Of a stretch of DNA of 64,000 nucleotides, positions 1 to 9,956 are shown in pieces; the stretch's first letter is position 1, and each line of letters begins with the position of its first letter. The DNA lies in assembly GCA_038321985.1 (NCBI GenBank), contig JBBQFN010000003.1, positions 64,001 to 128,000 on the forward strand. The letters are read 5' to 3'. This DNA comes from Cyanophyceae cyanobacterium (GTDB lineage Bacteria; Cyanobacteriota; Cyanobacteriia; Cyanobacteriales; Laspinemataceae). The translations under genes were made by a program, and so were the position numbers. Under the pieces are notes generated by a model. That model saw only the letters and a list, made by a program, of their open reading frames with translations. It was not told the origin of the DNA and made no database searches.

Positions 1-647
1 GGATGTCGCGGATCGGGTTCGAGCTTCGTCCTTAGATGTCTAACGTGAACCCGGATCGTTTCGATATCATCATCAGGGTCATATCCCCATACTTCTTTGA
101 GAATTTCACTCGGAGAGACAGTTTGTCCGTGGCGTTGCAATAAGCAGTGCAACAGTTCAAACTCTAGGTGAGTTAGTTTGACCGTGCGATCAAACCAAAT
201 GGCTTCAAAGCGTTCGGGGACGAGGGTCAGGGGTCCATAACTAAGAATCTCCGCGTGTTTGGCGGCCTGGGGAATGCGATCGGTCCGTCGCAACAAAGCT
301 CTGACCCGGGCAAGCATTTCTTCGACTTCAAAAGGTTTAGTCAGGTAATCATCAGCACCGGCGTTGAAACCTTCGACCTTATCATGGGTTTGACCCAAAG
401 CTGTCAGCATCAGGACGGGTATATCAGCAGTCCGCTCATCACGACGGAGGCGCTGACATACCGTGAATCCAGCCACCCGAGGCAGCATCAGATCGAGCAT
501 GATTAAATCGGGGATCAGTTGCAAAGCAAGCGCTTGACCTTTGATGCCATCTTCGGCTTGGCTGACTTCATAGCCAGCCATCTCCAGATTGACGGCGACT
601 AATTCTGAGATTGCAGGGTCATCGTCAATGACGAGTATCCGGGGCAT
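1..647 (-). CDS. rpaA: OmpR-family response regulator RpaA (3' end runs off the window; absent from ORF track)
   Basis: Manual translation from ATG at 647: [26 protein letters not shown]...[34 protein letters not shown]...[10 protein letters not shown]...[31 protein letters not shown], matching cyanobacterial RpaA. Confidence 0.92.
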   Translation of the reverse strand, partial: MPRILVIDDDPAISELVAVNLEMAGYEVSQAEDGIKGQALALQLIPDLIMLDLMLPRVAGFTVCQRLRRDERTADIPVLMLTALGQTHDKVEGFNAGADDYLTKPFEVEEMLARVRALLRRTDRIPQAAKHAEILSYGPLTLVPERFEAIWFDRTVKLTHLEFELLHCLLQRHGQTVSPSEILKEVWGYDPDDDIETIRVHVRHLRTKLEPDPRH

Positions 648-931
648 GGTTCAAAATTTTGAAAGACTGGGTTAATTACGGTTCGTGAAGAACCATGTAG
701 AGAATCGTAAAGATTCCTCTACAGATTATAAGCAACGATTCTAAAATCTTTCCAAAGAATTATTCGGGGATTGTAGCAACTTGTCTAGGGGGGAGGGTCC
801 GCGATTGGATCCGGGGGAGAATTTCTGATCAAAAATGGTTAATTTTTAAAGGGTTCCATACATTCTGTTCCCTTCTCCCCCAGTCCTAAAGCTGCTCTGG
901 GCTTTTGTTTTAACCCGACGGCTCCAGGGCC

Positions 932-1570
932 TCACTCCGGAGGATGTTCCGGGTGAAACCCGTGTAAATCCTCGGGGGTATTAAAATTTCTTAACATCCG
1001 GAACTCGGCTGTACCTACCTCCAGAGGAGTAGCACAAATCTCCGGTAGCCACATTTGAAACGATCGCCCCCCTTGATCCAAAAACTGCTGCAACGGTTCT
1101 AAAGCAAGTTTGCGGTAAAACCCACACATCGGATGCCAAAGGGTTCCCTGTTGCGGGACTAAGGCCAGACTTTCCGGGGGTACCGTGGGTAATTGAGACA
1201 CCCATTTTTGGACGATCGCCGAGTCGAGTAACGCTAAATCACAGGCTAAGAGCAATACCCACTCCGCCTCAATCTGACTTAACCCAGTCGCGAGGGCACC
1301 TAAAGGACCCCTTTTGTGTTCCGTCTCTTGGAGAGCCTGTACCCTGGCCCCCGAGAGGAGTTCGGGAGTCAGCATCGACTCATAGCGTTCCGGCCAAGGA
1401 GAGATCAGATAAACCTGGGCTGTGCAGTGGGAGGCCACTTCACAGGCGCGCTGGAGTAGGGTCTTGCCCTCCCAGACAATTTGGGCTTTATCTTGACCCA
1501 TACGAGAACTGCGGCCTCCAGCCAGAACGAGGCCAGCCACTTGGGAAGGGGATAGAATGAATTCGCTCAT
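932..1570 (-). CDS. mobA: Molybdenum cofactor guanylyltransferase
   Basis: LAGGRSSRMGQDKA, GPLGAL, LLACDL, NFNTPED motifs. Confidence 0.92.
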   Translation of the reverse strand: MSEFILSPSQVAGLVLAGGRSSRMGQDKAQIVWEGKTLLQRACEVASHCTAQVYLISPWPERYESMLTPELLSGARVQALQETEHKRGPLGALATGLSQIEAEWVLLLACDLALLDSAIVQKWVSQLPTVPPESLALVPQQGTLWHPMCGFYRKLALEPLQQFLDQGGRSFQMWLPEICATPLEVGTAEFRMLRNFNTPEDLHGFHPEHPPE

Positions 1571-1634
1571 AGTTGCTCCTATTTCCGGGCGATCGCCGAT
1601 TCTCGACCGGGTGGGTTGTACAAAATTTATAAAG

Positions 1635-2741
1635 CTAGTCCAGGGGCGATCGCGAATTCACCATTTGAGTGATTTCCTGGAGTTTAGCGGCAACTCGACC
1701 GCTACTAAACCCTTCCCGGGCTTGATGAATACCGCTGATCATATCCCCACAAACACCGCAGTGCCACAGATAAAAGCCAGCACTCCAGACTGCCGACTCC
1801 ATCAGTTCGCTGGGTTCACCCTGCAAAACGCCCTGCATTTGAGCGGAGAACGTTTCGGGTTGAAAGGGGACATTTTCCGGGGTAAATCCGTAGTCCCGAG
1901 GATGCAGGAGGATGCGGTGGAAGGGATTAGGACTCGGAAAATCCGACTCAGGGGCGGCAGCAGGTGGGGGGGATGGCTCTGCGGGATTGCTATAGCCGAT
2001 AATGGCGGTACGTTCCCGAGGTAAATCGCTACTGCCTTCTAACCCTTTGACCGTGGTGAAGCGCTGATCACCTCGTAACTCTAAAGCATCGCGAAACATT
2101 TGTTCCGTGGGGGGATGAACGAATCCTGCGACGAGATGGCGATCGCCATGATAGGGAGACCAAATCAGTTCTAAGGTGGCGATTGGGGGTCGTTTCCCGA
2201 GTTGATCCCGGTAGGCAACCAGACTCGCCGCCTCGGGAAACTGTTTAGGAATATAGATTAATCCCACTCCGGTTGCCTGCAAGATTGCTTGAACTTGGTT
2301 GAGGTCGAGCCCGCGCCAGTTGATTCCCAAAGCATCCCAAATTTCAATAAAAGGGATGCCATACTTGGTCGGCATTCGATCGCCCCCGTGGAGGAGCACA
2401 GGTTGACCGCAACTGGCGAGGAGAAGTGCACTCAGGACGGTTACCGGGGCTGTGCGCGATCGCCCATCGTAGGGACATCCCCACACCATGACAGGTTTCG
2501 ACGCGGGGATCGGTCCGATCTGTGGGCCGATTTCGTCGTAGGCATCCAGCATCCCCGCCAATTCTTCCCCCGTCGGACGCTTGATCCGGTGAGCAATCAA
2601 AAATGCCCCAATTTGTGCTGGAGTCGCTTCACCCCATAGCATCATCCGCATGGCATCGGCTGCTTCTGCACGGGAGAGGTTCTGGCTCGTGTGGGGACCA
2701 CTGCCGACTTTCTTTACAAATTCTCTGAACGCTGTAGTCAT
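1635..2741 (-). CDS. cnaT: Anthranilate phosphoribosyltransferase-like (TrpD/YbiB-like) protein, probable CnaT
   Basis: GT3-family motifs (ATPAQIGAFLIAHRIKR, YDGRSRT, VKGLEGSSDL); lies directly downstream of ntcB as cnaT does in Anabaena. Confidence 0.8.
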   Translation of the reverse strand: MTTAFREFVKKVGSGPHTSQNLSRAEAADAMRMMLWGEATPAQIGAFLIAHRIKRPTGEELAGMLDAYDEIGPQIGPIPASKPVMVWGCPYDGRSRTAPVTVLSALLLASCGQPVLLHGGDRMPTKYGIPFIEIWDALGINWRGLDLNQVQAILQATGVGLIYIPKQFPEAASLVAYRDQLGKRPPIATLELIWSPYHGDRHLVAGFVHPPTEQMFRDALELRGDQRFTTVKGLEGSSDLPRERTAIIGYSNPAEPSPPPAAAPESDFPSPNPFHRILLHPRDYGFTPENVPFQPETFSAQMQGVLQGEPSELMESAVWSAGFYLWHCGVCGDMISGIHQAREGFSSGRVAAKLQEITQMVNSRSPLD

Positions 2742-2783
2742 GAGTGAGAGGGGGAGAGAGGAATGGATGAGGAGATCCGGTCA

Positions 2784-3761
2784 TTAACCCGGTGCAACCT
2801 TGATCGGCAAAAAGTCATGGACGAGTTGCCAAAAGTGTTGGATGGGTGGAATTTGCAGGCGATCGCTCGTCGTGACAATCACAACTTGACGATTCCAACA
2901 AGAACCCCCTGCCAATGTAGGGTAAATACCGTTCAATGAGGAGGGGGGGGAAGGGCAATCTAGGTGATCCGCAGGGGGTAGAGAGCGAATGGCAACTTTC
3001 GGGTCACAACGGGCTTCGACTAATGCCGATTCCGGTAACAGCGCCACCATGTCCCCCTCCTGCACCACCCCCCGAAAGGCATCGGGAGTATTTAACTCCA
3101 ACACCGCCCGTAAGGTCAGGTTGTATTTTGCAAAAATATCTTGTACCAACCGCTGCATTCCATAGCCATCTTTAAAGACAACTTGAGGATAACGCGCTAA
3201 TTCTTTCCAGGGTACCGGGTCATATTGAGCGAGGGGATGGTTGGCAGCCATTAACACTTGAATGGACTCATTGTAGAGAACATCAACCACCATTTCTGCA
3301 CTAGAGGTTAATAGTCGGTTATTCATGACGATCGCCACATCAACTAAACCATCTTTGAGGACTTTTAAAGCGCGATCGCTTCCTAACGCCGTCACCCGCA
3401 ATTGCACCTCCGGATATTGCCGACAAAATCTCCGCAAAATTGGGGGTAAATAATAGGCACAAACCGAGTGAATTGCAGCGACACAGAGTTCCGGCTGTTT
3501 CCCTTCTAATAAACTGGTAATTTCCTCTCGTGCTGTTTGCCATTCCTGACAAATTTTGCGGGCATGGGGGAAAAATCGCTCTCCGGCCAGGGTTAATTTT
3601 GCCTGTGCACTGCGATGAAATAACTGTAAGCCCAGTTCTGCTTCGAGAGATTGAATTTGACGGCTAATTGTGGATTGGGTGACGCCACACCGACGGGCCG
3701 CTTGCTGGAAGCTACCCGTATCAGCAATTGCCATAAAAGCTTGTAACTGCTCTAGGCGCAT
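2784..3761 (-). CDS. ntcB: LysR-family nitrate assimilation activator NtcB
   Basis: MRLEQLQAF...GSFQQAARRCGVTQSTISRQIQSLE HTH; LGSDRALKVLKDGLVD and PQVVFKDGYGMQRLVQ as in NtcB; NtcA promoter upstream. Confidence 0.88.
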   Translation of the reverse strand: MRLEQLQAFMAIADTGSFQQAARRCGVTQSTISRQIQSLEAELGLQLFHRSAQAKLTLAGERFFPHARKICQEWQTAREEITSLLEGKQPELCVAAIHSVCAYYLPPILRRFCRQYPEVQLRVTALGSDRALKVLKDGLVDVAIVMNNRLLTSSAEMVVDVLYNESIQVLMAANHPLAQYDPVPWKELARYPQVVFKDGYGMQRLVQDIFAKYNLTLRAVLELNTPDAFRGVVQEGDMVALLPESALVEARCDPKVAIRSLPPADHLDCPSPPSSLNGIYPTLAGGSCWNRQVVIVTTSDRLQIPPIQHFWQLVHDFLPIKVAPG

Positions 3762-3797
3762 ATATGGAGAGAGAGATAAGATTTTTCCACATTCTTT

Positions 3798-3839
3798 AGA
3801 TTACCGGAAAAATAACCCCTTTTTCGTACAAATTGATAC
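3798..3839 (-). promoter_or_regulatory. Class II NtcA-activated promoter of ntcB
   Basis: Minus strand GTA-TCAATTTG-TAC (3839-3826), exactly 22 nt, then TAATCT (3803-3798): canonical GTAN8TAC-N22-TAN3T. Confidence 0.85.
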
Positions 3840-4252
3840 CGGCTTTTCACCAATTTTCTGTATCCTCTGTCTATCTTATAATCAATTTCATCGGAGGGAG
3901 ACGGGTTTAAAAACCCCTCAAACTAACTCCTGTTGGTTCATCGGGCCCCCTTTACCCCGAAAGGACTAGGGCGGGGTCCATCAAATATTAAACCCAGACG
4001 GGTCAAACGAAATATAGAGACTCGAAATTTCGAGTCTCTACATCCCCCGGAGGGACCTCCCTCTAACCCTCCCCTACCTGTAACGGCCCCTAGGAGGGGA
4101 AAGAGATATCAGGAATAAATGTCTTGGCACAGGAGGGAGAATCATCCACTTTTTTTAGGGTTCGAGGGTACCGGATCTCTAAAAGTTAGGTTGTCTATCG
4201 GCAAAAAAGTTTCATACCCGATCCGGCGTTTACAGCCTAGGCTGAGGAAGTT

Positions 4253-5977
4253 TTAAAACGTAAATGTGGTCCGAAATGTTCCGATAAAAACATCACTATT
4301 GTCATTATTTTGGTTAGGAGCCGTTAACCAAATTAAACCCGGAGTCAGGGAAATATTTGGAGTAATTTGATACTTGTAAAGTCCTTCAATATGAAAAGGA
4401 GTGTCTTTAGAAAAATCTGGATTTCCTGGCACTTCAAGATTCGTTAGATAGGGTTCAGCACCAACAATTAAGCTAGCAAAAGAACCAGGAGTTCCTAAAT
4501 CTGGCACAACCACTGTAGCCGCATAATTCCAGATATCAGCATCCCCTAATCCAATCAGTCTGGCACTGGTTTTAGCAACCCAACCGCCGATAATTAAATT
4601 AGGAGTAATTCGCAGGGAAGTATTGACACTGTAGGAGTTACTAACGACGGGAGTTGATCCCAAACCCGGACTGAGGGGATTGAGTGCTGCGGGGGAAAGA
4701 TTCCCTAAATTTGTGCCCGTTCCAGCGAACCCAAACCGGGGAGCAGAGGTGCCTTCATACGCATGAACGTAGGTTAAACCCACCTGAAAGCGACTGCCAA
4801 AAACAACCTGTCCGAGGGCGGAGTAGTTACCATCAAATAAACCGGCTCCAGATAGGGGCGTTTTGGCTTCGCTGGCTAAGTAACCGGCGTTAATTTCTAA
4901 ATTATTACCTAGATTATATTTGACTCCCACTCCAGAACCGCCCAGGGTAAAGCGATAAATTGGATTGCGTTCGGCAAAGCGGGACAATGCACCCGTTGCA
5001 CCGCCACCGGATTCTAAGAAGGGGTTGAGGGTATTGGCATAAAATTGATGGCCTCCGGCATTGGCGAAAATCCGGACGCTTAACTTGTCGCCAACGGGAA
5101 AGAAATAGTGCAATCGGTTAAGGGTGACGGTGTTGTTGGCAGCACCATCAAAGGCATAGCGCCCTTCATTGGTCCCTAAAACCGGCTGGAAGGAGGGGCC
5201 TATATTGCCCATTTCCAGGCGAGTGAATAGGTTATCTCGACCTGTAAAACTGGTGACAAAGTTAAGGCGAACGCGATTACTAAAGACGGTTTCGGGGTCG
5301 AGATCTTCTGTAAAGGCGTCAGCAAGGATGAAAGCGGCTTCACCGGCTAGTTTAGTGGTGGGTGAGAATTGATTGGCTTCAATTTCAGCGGTTCGGAGTT
5401 CGAGGTCGTCTACACGACCCCGGAGGGTGGCGAGTTCTGCCGCAAATTCTTCGCTTAAGCGGGTGAGTGCGCTCAAATCTTCGGTACTTAAGTCAAGTTC
5501 ACTGATGCGATCGGTGAGGACTTGGAGACAGGCGTTTAAACTGGTGGCAAATTCATATCGGGTCATCGCCCGATTCCCTCGATAGGTTCCATCGCTGTAT
5601 CCCAAGAGGCACTCGTAGCGGGAGGCTAAATTTTGGAGGGCTTGAAAAGCCCAGTCCGTGGGACTGACGTCTGCTAGTTCGGAGACAGAGTTCACCTGCT
5701 CTAAAGGACCCAGTTCCAGATCGGTTTGGGAATAAAGGTTGAGTTGTTGGAAAATCTGTGCCGATTTATCCCCGGTGGGGTCAAGTGGCTGTGGGGCGAT
5801 CGCGTTGAATTCCAGGTGGGGTTCAATGGCGACAGGTTCGCTCAATTGGGGGGTGGGAAGATTGAGGGGGGCTGGTTGACCCGCAACAGTCTGGATGCCG
5901 AGTAAATTGAACCCGAGAAGATTGAATCCAAGCAGGAGGGGGGTGCTTCGGATGAAGATACACGAAATTTGAGACAT
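4253..5977 (-). CDS. Cyanobacterial porin (SLH domain + coiled coil + OprB-like barrel)
   Basis: QVNSVSELADVSPTDWAFQALQNLASRY, GNRAMTRYEFA, QFSPTTKLAGE, C-terminal RTTFTF. Confidence 0.92.
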   Translation of the reverse strand: MSQISCIFIRSTPLLLGFNLLGFNLLGIQTVAGQPAPLNLPTPQLSEPVAIEPHLEFNAIAPQPLDPTGDKSAQIFQQLNLYSQTDLELGPLEQVNSVSELADVSPTDWAFQALQNLASRYECLLGYSDGTYRGNRAMTRYEFATSLNACLQVLTDRISELDLSTEDLSALTRLSEEFAAELATLRGRVDDLELRTAEIEANQFSPTTKLAGEAAFILADAFTEDLDPETVFSNRVRLNFVTSFTGRDNLFTRLEMGNIGPSFQPVLGTNEGRYAFDGAANNTVTLNRLHYFFPVGDKLSVRIFANAGGHQFYANTLNPFLESGGGATGALSRFAERNPIYRFTLGGSGVGVKYNLGNNLEINAGYLASEAKTPLSGAGLFDGNYSALGQVVFGSRFQVGLTYVHAYEGTSAPRFGFAGTGTNLGNLSPAALNPLSPGLGSTPVVSNSYSVNTSLRITPNLIIGGWVAKTSARLIGLGDADIWNYAATVVVPDLGTPGSFASLIVGAEPYLTNLEVPGNPDFSKDTPFHIEGLYKYQITPNISLTPGLIWLTAPNQNNDNSDVFIGTFRTTFTF

Positions 5978-6305
5978 TATGGGTTGCAGATCTTCGGTGA
6001 ATTTAAGAACAAATGCAAGGAACCAACCCGATCAGATTTGGTTTTTTATCTAATCGCGGCTTTGTTAACTGCATCTTAATGACTCCATAAATCTCACCCT
6101 TAAGCGGTGCTTTTTGTAGCGATCGCTGCAAAAAACCGGGGCTTATGCGTAATTCCCCTAAAGCAAATGCAAAATTTACATAAAAAAATCCCGGGAAAAG
6201 AGGCGAAAAAATCCGGGTTACTCCCCCGGGAATTCCCTTACTCAGAGGGTTACAGGGATTATGAATCAAGCGGATTCCCAGGCGATCGCAGCTTGTCAGA
6301 ATTCC

Positions 6306-7688
6306 CTAACTTTTTACCCATTCTTCCAGGGCGATCGCCACCCCTTGTTGGAGAGAGGGACTGGCGGTAGGCTCACTGCACAGGTGCAGCAGTTGGGGAT
6401 ATGCTTCCTCTGGAGCGATTTGTTTCAATGCAGCGATCGCGTGTAACCGGACTCCTACCTCGGGGGTAGCTAAGAGTTCAATCAAGGGATTGATGCCAGT
6501 TTTTTGGCCCAGATAACCCAGCGCCGTGGCGACTGCTTGTTCAATCCGCGTCGAGTTTCCCCCAACTCCGGTTGGCTTTCTTCTTAACAGTTCAATCAGT
6601 ATCTGCGCCGCTTTTGGCTTTAACTCAGGTGCTTCGATCCGTCCGAGTACAGAAATAATTTCTGCGATCGCCTCGGAACCTGACCCATTCTTTTGTCTGA
6701 AAAGGAGGGCTTTTTCTAAATATTCCAATGCGTCGGGAGTTCCCATCCAAGCTAAGGCACGAATGGCGTTGATTTGTAAGGTTGGAGGGGTAGCTGGGGA
6801 GTCGAGAATTTCATCCAGACAGGCTGCGGCTTTCGGCGTCGCTACCCGTCCCAAGGAAATCGCCGCCTGATGGGTGACGCTAGGGTTAAAGTCCCACAAG
6901 CGCTCCCGTAGGAGGTCCTCTATCTCGGCCGCGATCGCCCTGTAGATTCCATGAGTGTCATTTTTGTACGAGGGGCGCATGACGCACAATCCTAGGCCGA
7001 TGGTGGCTTCCCGGCGGACGGAGGCATGGAAATCATGGATGGAGTCTACGAGGACTTGGGGGATGCGGGGGTCATCATAGCTATTGAGTGCGGCGATCGC
7101 CTCGGCACGCACTTGGGGGTCGCGATCACCCACTACACTCAAGAGGGGGCCAATAATGTGGGGATTATGGATTTTCCCCAGGGAACGCACGGCTAATCCC
7201 CGAGAGGCGGAATCGCCTAACTGTTGAGTCAAAGCGGCGATCGCGGATTCTCCGATTTGAGCTAAAGCACGGGCTGCCATTTCGCTGAGTTCTTGCTCTT
7301 CTTGGTTATTAAGCAATTCCATCAGTGCGGCGATCGCCGAGGGGGTATTAAACTCAGCCAGGATTCGACCGGCAAACCATCGCAATTCTACATCGGCGTC
7401 AGTATCGGCCAGAACTTCTAACATGGGGGCGATCGCCTCCGTTCCCAGACGGGGAAATACTTTAGCGACTTCCCAGCGTTGTTGAAAATCACCACCTTCC
7501 AAGACCTCTAAAGCTAAACCGATTATAGAGGAGGTATTGAGCTGCTCCGTTGAGGTGGGTAAAGACTCGACTTTAGGTGTCCCTGGGGTTGAGGCTAGTT
7601 TTTCCAAACACTGGGTCACCAATTGCCAATCTTCTTGTCGTGCAGCTTCGTTAGCTTGTTCTAACAAATTAGAAAGTGTTTGGGGCAT
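6306..7688 (-). CDS. HEAT-repeat (PBS lyase-like) protein, possible NirB
   Basis: Repeated VRxxAxxALG/IxxLxxLL HEAT units; ATG at 7688 preferred over GTG 7724; position near ntcB and upstream NtcA box suggest nirB. Confidence 0.75.
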   Translation of the reverse strand: MPQTLSNLLEQANEAARQEDWQLVTQCLEKLASTPGTPKVESLPTSTEQLNTSSIIGLALEVLEGGDFQQRWEVAKVFPRLGTEAIAPMLEVLADTDADVELRWFAGRILAEFNTPSAIAALMELLNNQEEQELSEMAARALAQIGESAIAALTQQLGDSASRGLAVRSLGKIHNPHIIGPLLSVVGDRDPQVRAEAIAALNSYDDPRIPQVLVDSIHDFHASVRREATIGLGLCVMRPSYKNDTHGIYRAIAAEIEDLLRERLWDFNPSVTHQAAISLGRVATPKAAACLDEILDSPATPPTLQINAIRALAWMGTPDALEYLEKALLFRQKNGSGSEAIAEIISVLGRIEAPELKPKAAQILIELLRRKPTGVGGNSTRIEQAVATALGYLGQKTGINPLIELLATPEVGVRLHAIAALKQIAPEEAYPQLLHLCSEPTASPSLQQGVAIALEEWVKS

Positions 7689-7870
7689 ATTTGAGGGGTA
7701 GATTTTTAATGGGGCTGGGTGCAAGGCTTACCAAAGTCAAAATGCTTCCAGTCTGACTTTTATCCTTTTCAATTTATCCTCGGTTTGCCGGTATGTGCTA
7801 CTAATTTTTGGCAATTTGATACCTAAATCGAATCTTTCTCATCCGTAAATCGCATTAGGGCCTAGCTTTG

Positions 7871-7884
7871 GTATCTAATTTTAC
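7871..7884. promoter_or_regulatory. Putative NtcA binding site upstream of the HEAT-repeat gene
   Basis: GTA-TCTAATTT-TAC exact GTAN8TAC; no canonical -10 at N22. Confidence 0.5.
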
Positions 7885-8887
7885 CAAGTTTGACCAAGAT
7901 ATTTAAGTCCCTTCCGCAAGGCGGAAGATTAAAATCTAGGATGGGTGACATTAACCCCCCAGAATTTACAGAAAGCCTGCTCTAAGTTCCTACATCTCCC
8001 AAAGCTAAACAGCGCTTTCAATCGGTAGGTTTATGTTTTGCTTAAGATGAGATTAAGTTTCAAAATAGTATCCAAAGCGGCTTTTTAATCCCTTAAAAGA
8101 TGATAAAAATCTGCTTTCCTCTCCTACCTAACAATTGCAGTCGCTTCATCGCTCAAAAAGTGTACCGGGAGAACTCACACTTAGGGTCACTTTTTGAGGA
8201 GTAAAAGTTACGGGTATTTTAAAGGGTAAACATTGCATCAAGCCTGGACATCAGCTCGTCTTAATCCTTCGGGCCTTACAATGGAGGAGGGGGAACATCT
8301 TACTCCCGAGTGCAGTAAGGAAGCAAGATGCTCTCCCTTGTAAAAGAATTATCTAATTCATTTAAATTTGCTACATAAGATAACGGATAAAACTAACCGG
8401 GAACAATCCTATTACATCTCACTAAAAAAAGGAGAAATACTACAATCACCCTAGGGAGGTATAAATATTGGGGTTCACGGGAGCGTAAGATATTCACGTA
8501 ACCCGTTTAATATACTGAAAATAAAATTGGTAAATCATCTAAAATTTATTGCCTGGAGTTTGTTAGATTGTCCCTATTGTGCTAGAGATAAATCTTTTTC
8601 GGCTGCTATCCCTCTTCTGTCCCACGGATAATTTATGAATTAAAGCAATAATTAAGTAATAGTAGCAGTTATCCCCTGAGTTCGGAAAACGCTACAGTAG
8701 CGCAGCCTAGGAATTAAGGAATGAAATAAACCCAGGGTAGATAAGACTGGGTTAAAATGAGTAAAAAAATTATTTAAAGGGTAGTATAGTCTAATCTCTC
8801 TAACTCAATAAACGAAACTAGATTATTTTTATAACTCCTTAAGCACTAGAAAATTAAAGGCTAGAAAATAAAGTGTCTACTCTTTGA

Positions 8888-9823
8888 TTAGCAGGGAGGA
8901 TGGCTACGGCTTGCCGACAGATGGAATGATTTTAGACGAGTTGAAATAGCTTGTGCAGTTTGGGGACGACGACGCCAATCGGGTGCCATCAATTCATCCA
9001 GCAAGAGGGCAAACTCTGGAGAAATAGCAGGAGTGCGATCGCGCCAGATCAGTTCTCCTTCAGGGGTTTCGGGAAAGTCTAGGGGAGTTAACCCCGTTAG
9101 GCAATATAAACAGGTGCGCCCGATCGCGAAAAAATCCGATTGCGGTTGGCTGTCGCCGGTGAGTTGTTCCGGTGGCGCATAACCACTGGTTCCGACTCGG
9201 GTAGTTCGACTCTGGCGATCGGCAACACTCCCAAAGTCAATTAACTGCACTTGTCCATCAAGTGTGAGAATTAGGTTACTTGGTTTAATATCTCGATGCA
9301 CCAACCCTTCTCGATGAATTGTATCGATAATCTCCAGCAACTGTGCTAACCACTCGCCGGCTTCGGCTTCGGAAATAGAACCCTGTTTTTCAATCTGTGC
9401 CTCTACCGTTTCCCCTTCTTTTTTTTCCATCACTAACCCATGTAGGGATTTATGAGGAGGAAGAGTGAGGATAAAATATCCCCCCGGTTCCATCTGGGGA
9501 ATCCCCGGATGTCGCAACCATATCAAAACTCGCGCCTCTTGCTTAAAAAGGCGGACAAAATCAGAATTTTTGGTAAATTTAAGGACTTTCATTACCTTGT
9601 TTGTCCCCCATTCCTCTTCTCCCCAATCCTGAACTTGATAGATATCGCAGGGGTAAGCCGGATTCAGTTCGCGCAAAGGTTTTTCGATTCGATAGCGATC
9701 GCAAATTAGCAAGGGAGAACCGCAGTTACTACAGTAATTCTTAGAGTCGGGATTTTCCCGCTGGAGGCAATGGGGATTAATACAGTAACTCACACCACTG
9801 TTAAATGTTAGAAGATAAGGCAT
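8888..9823 (-). CDS. Ser/Thr protein kinase with N-terminal 4-Cys zinc-ribbon prefix
   Basis: YCINPHC...CSNCG prefix; KVMKVL, HRDIKPSN, IDFG, GYAPPEQ, SDFFAIG. Confidence 0.9.
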   Translation of the reverse strand: MPYLLTFNSGVSYCINPHCLQRENPDSKNYCSNCGSPLLICDRYRIEKPLRELNPAYPCDIYQVQDWGEEEWGTNKVMKVLKFTKNSDFVRLFKQEARVLIWLRHPGIPQMEPGGYFILTLPPHKSLHGLVMEKKEGETVEAQIEKQGSISEAEAGEWLAQLLEIIDTIHREGLVHRDIKPSNLILTLDGQVQLIDFGSVADRQSRTTRVGTSGYAPPEQLTGDSQPQSDFFAIGRTCLYCLTGLTPLDFPETPEGELIWRDRTPAISPEFALLLDELMAPDWRRRPQTAQAISTRLKSFHLSASRSHPPC

Positions 9824-9956
9824 TGGGTAGACTGAGGGGAAACTTGGATCTCTTGCAACGGTGAAAGCATTCTTTTAAGGAAAGCCATCTCCAGAAAACC
9901 AAATTTCCCCTTTTTCGTTCGGAAGTGTCTAGGCGATCGCCTGTGGTAGAATCCGT

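Noticed and set aside
255..506. 83-aa plus-strand ORF and many similar short overlapping ORFs in the track
   Set aside because: Antisense or alternate-frame shadows of well-supported genes (here rpaA)
7809..7822. Second NtcA-like site (GTATCAAATTGCCA, minus strand)
   Set aside because: Second half-site does not match TAC and there is no -10 at canonical spacing
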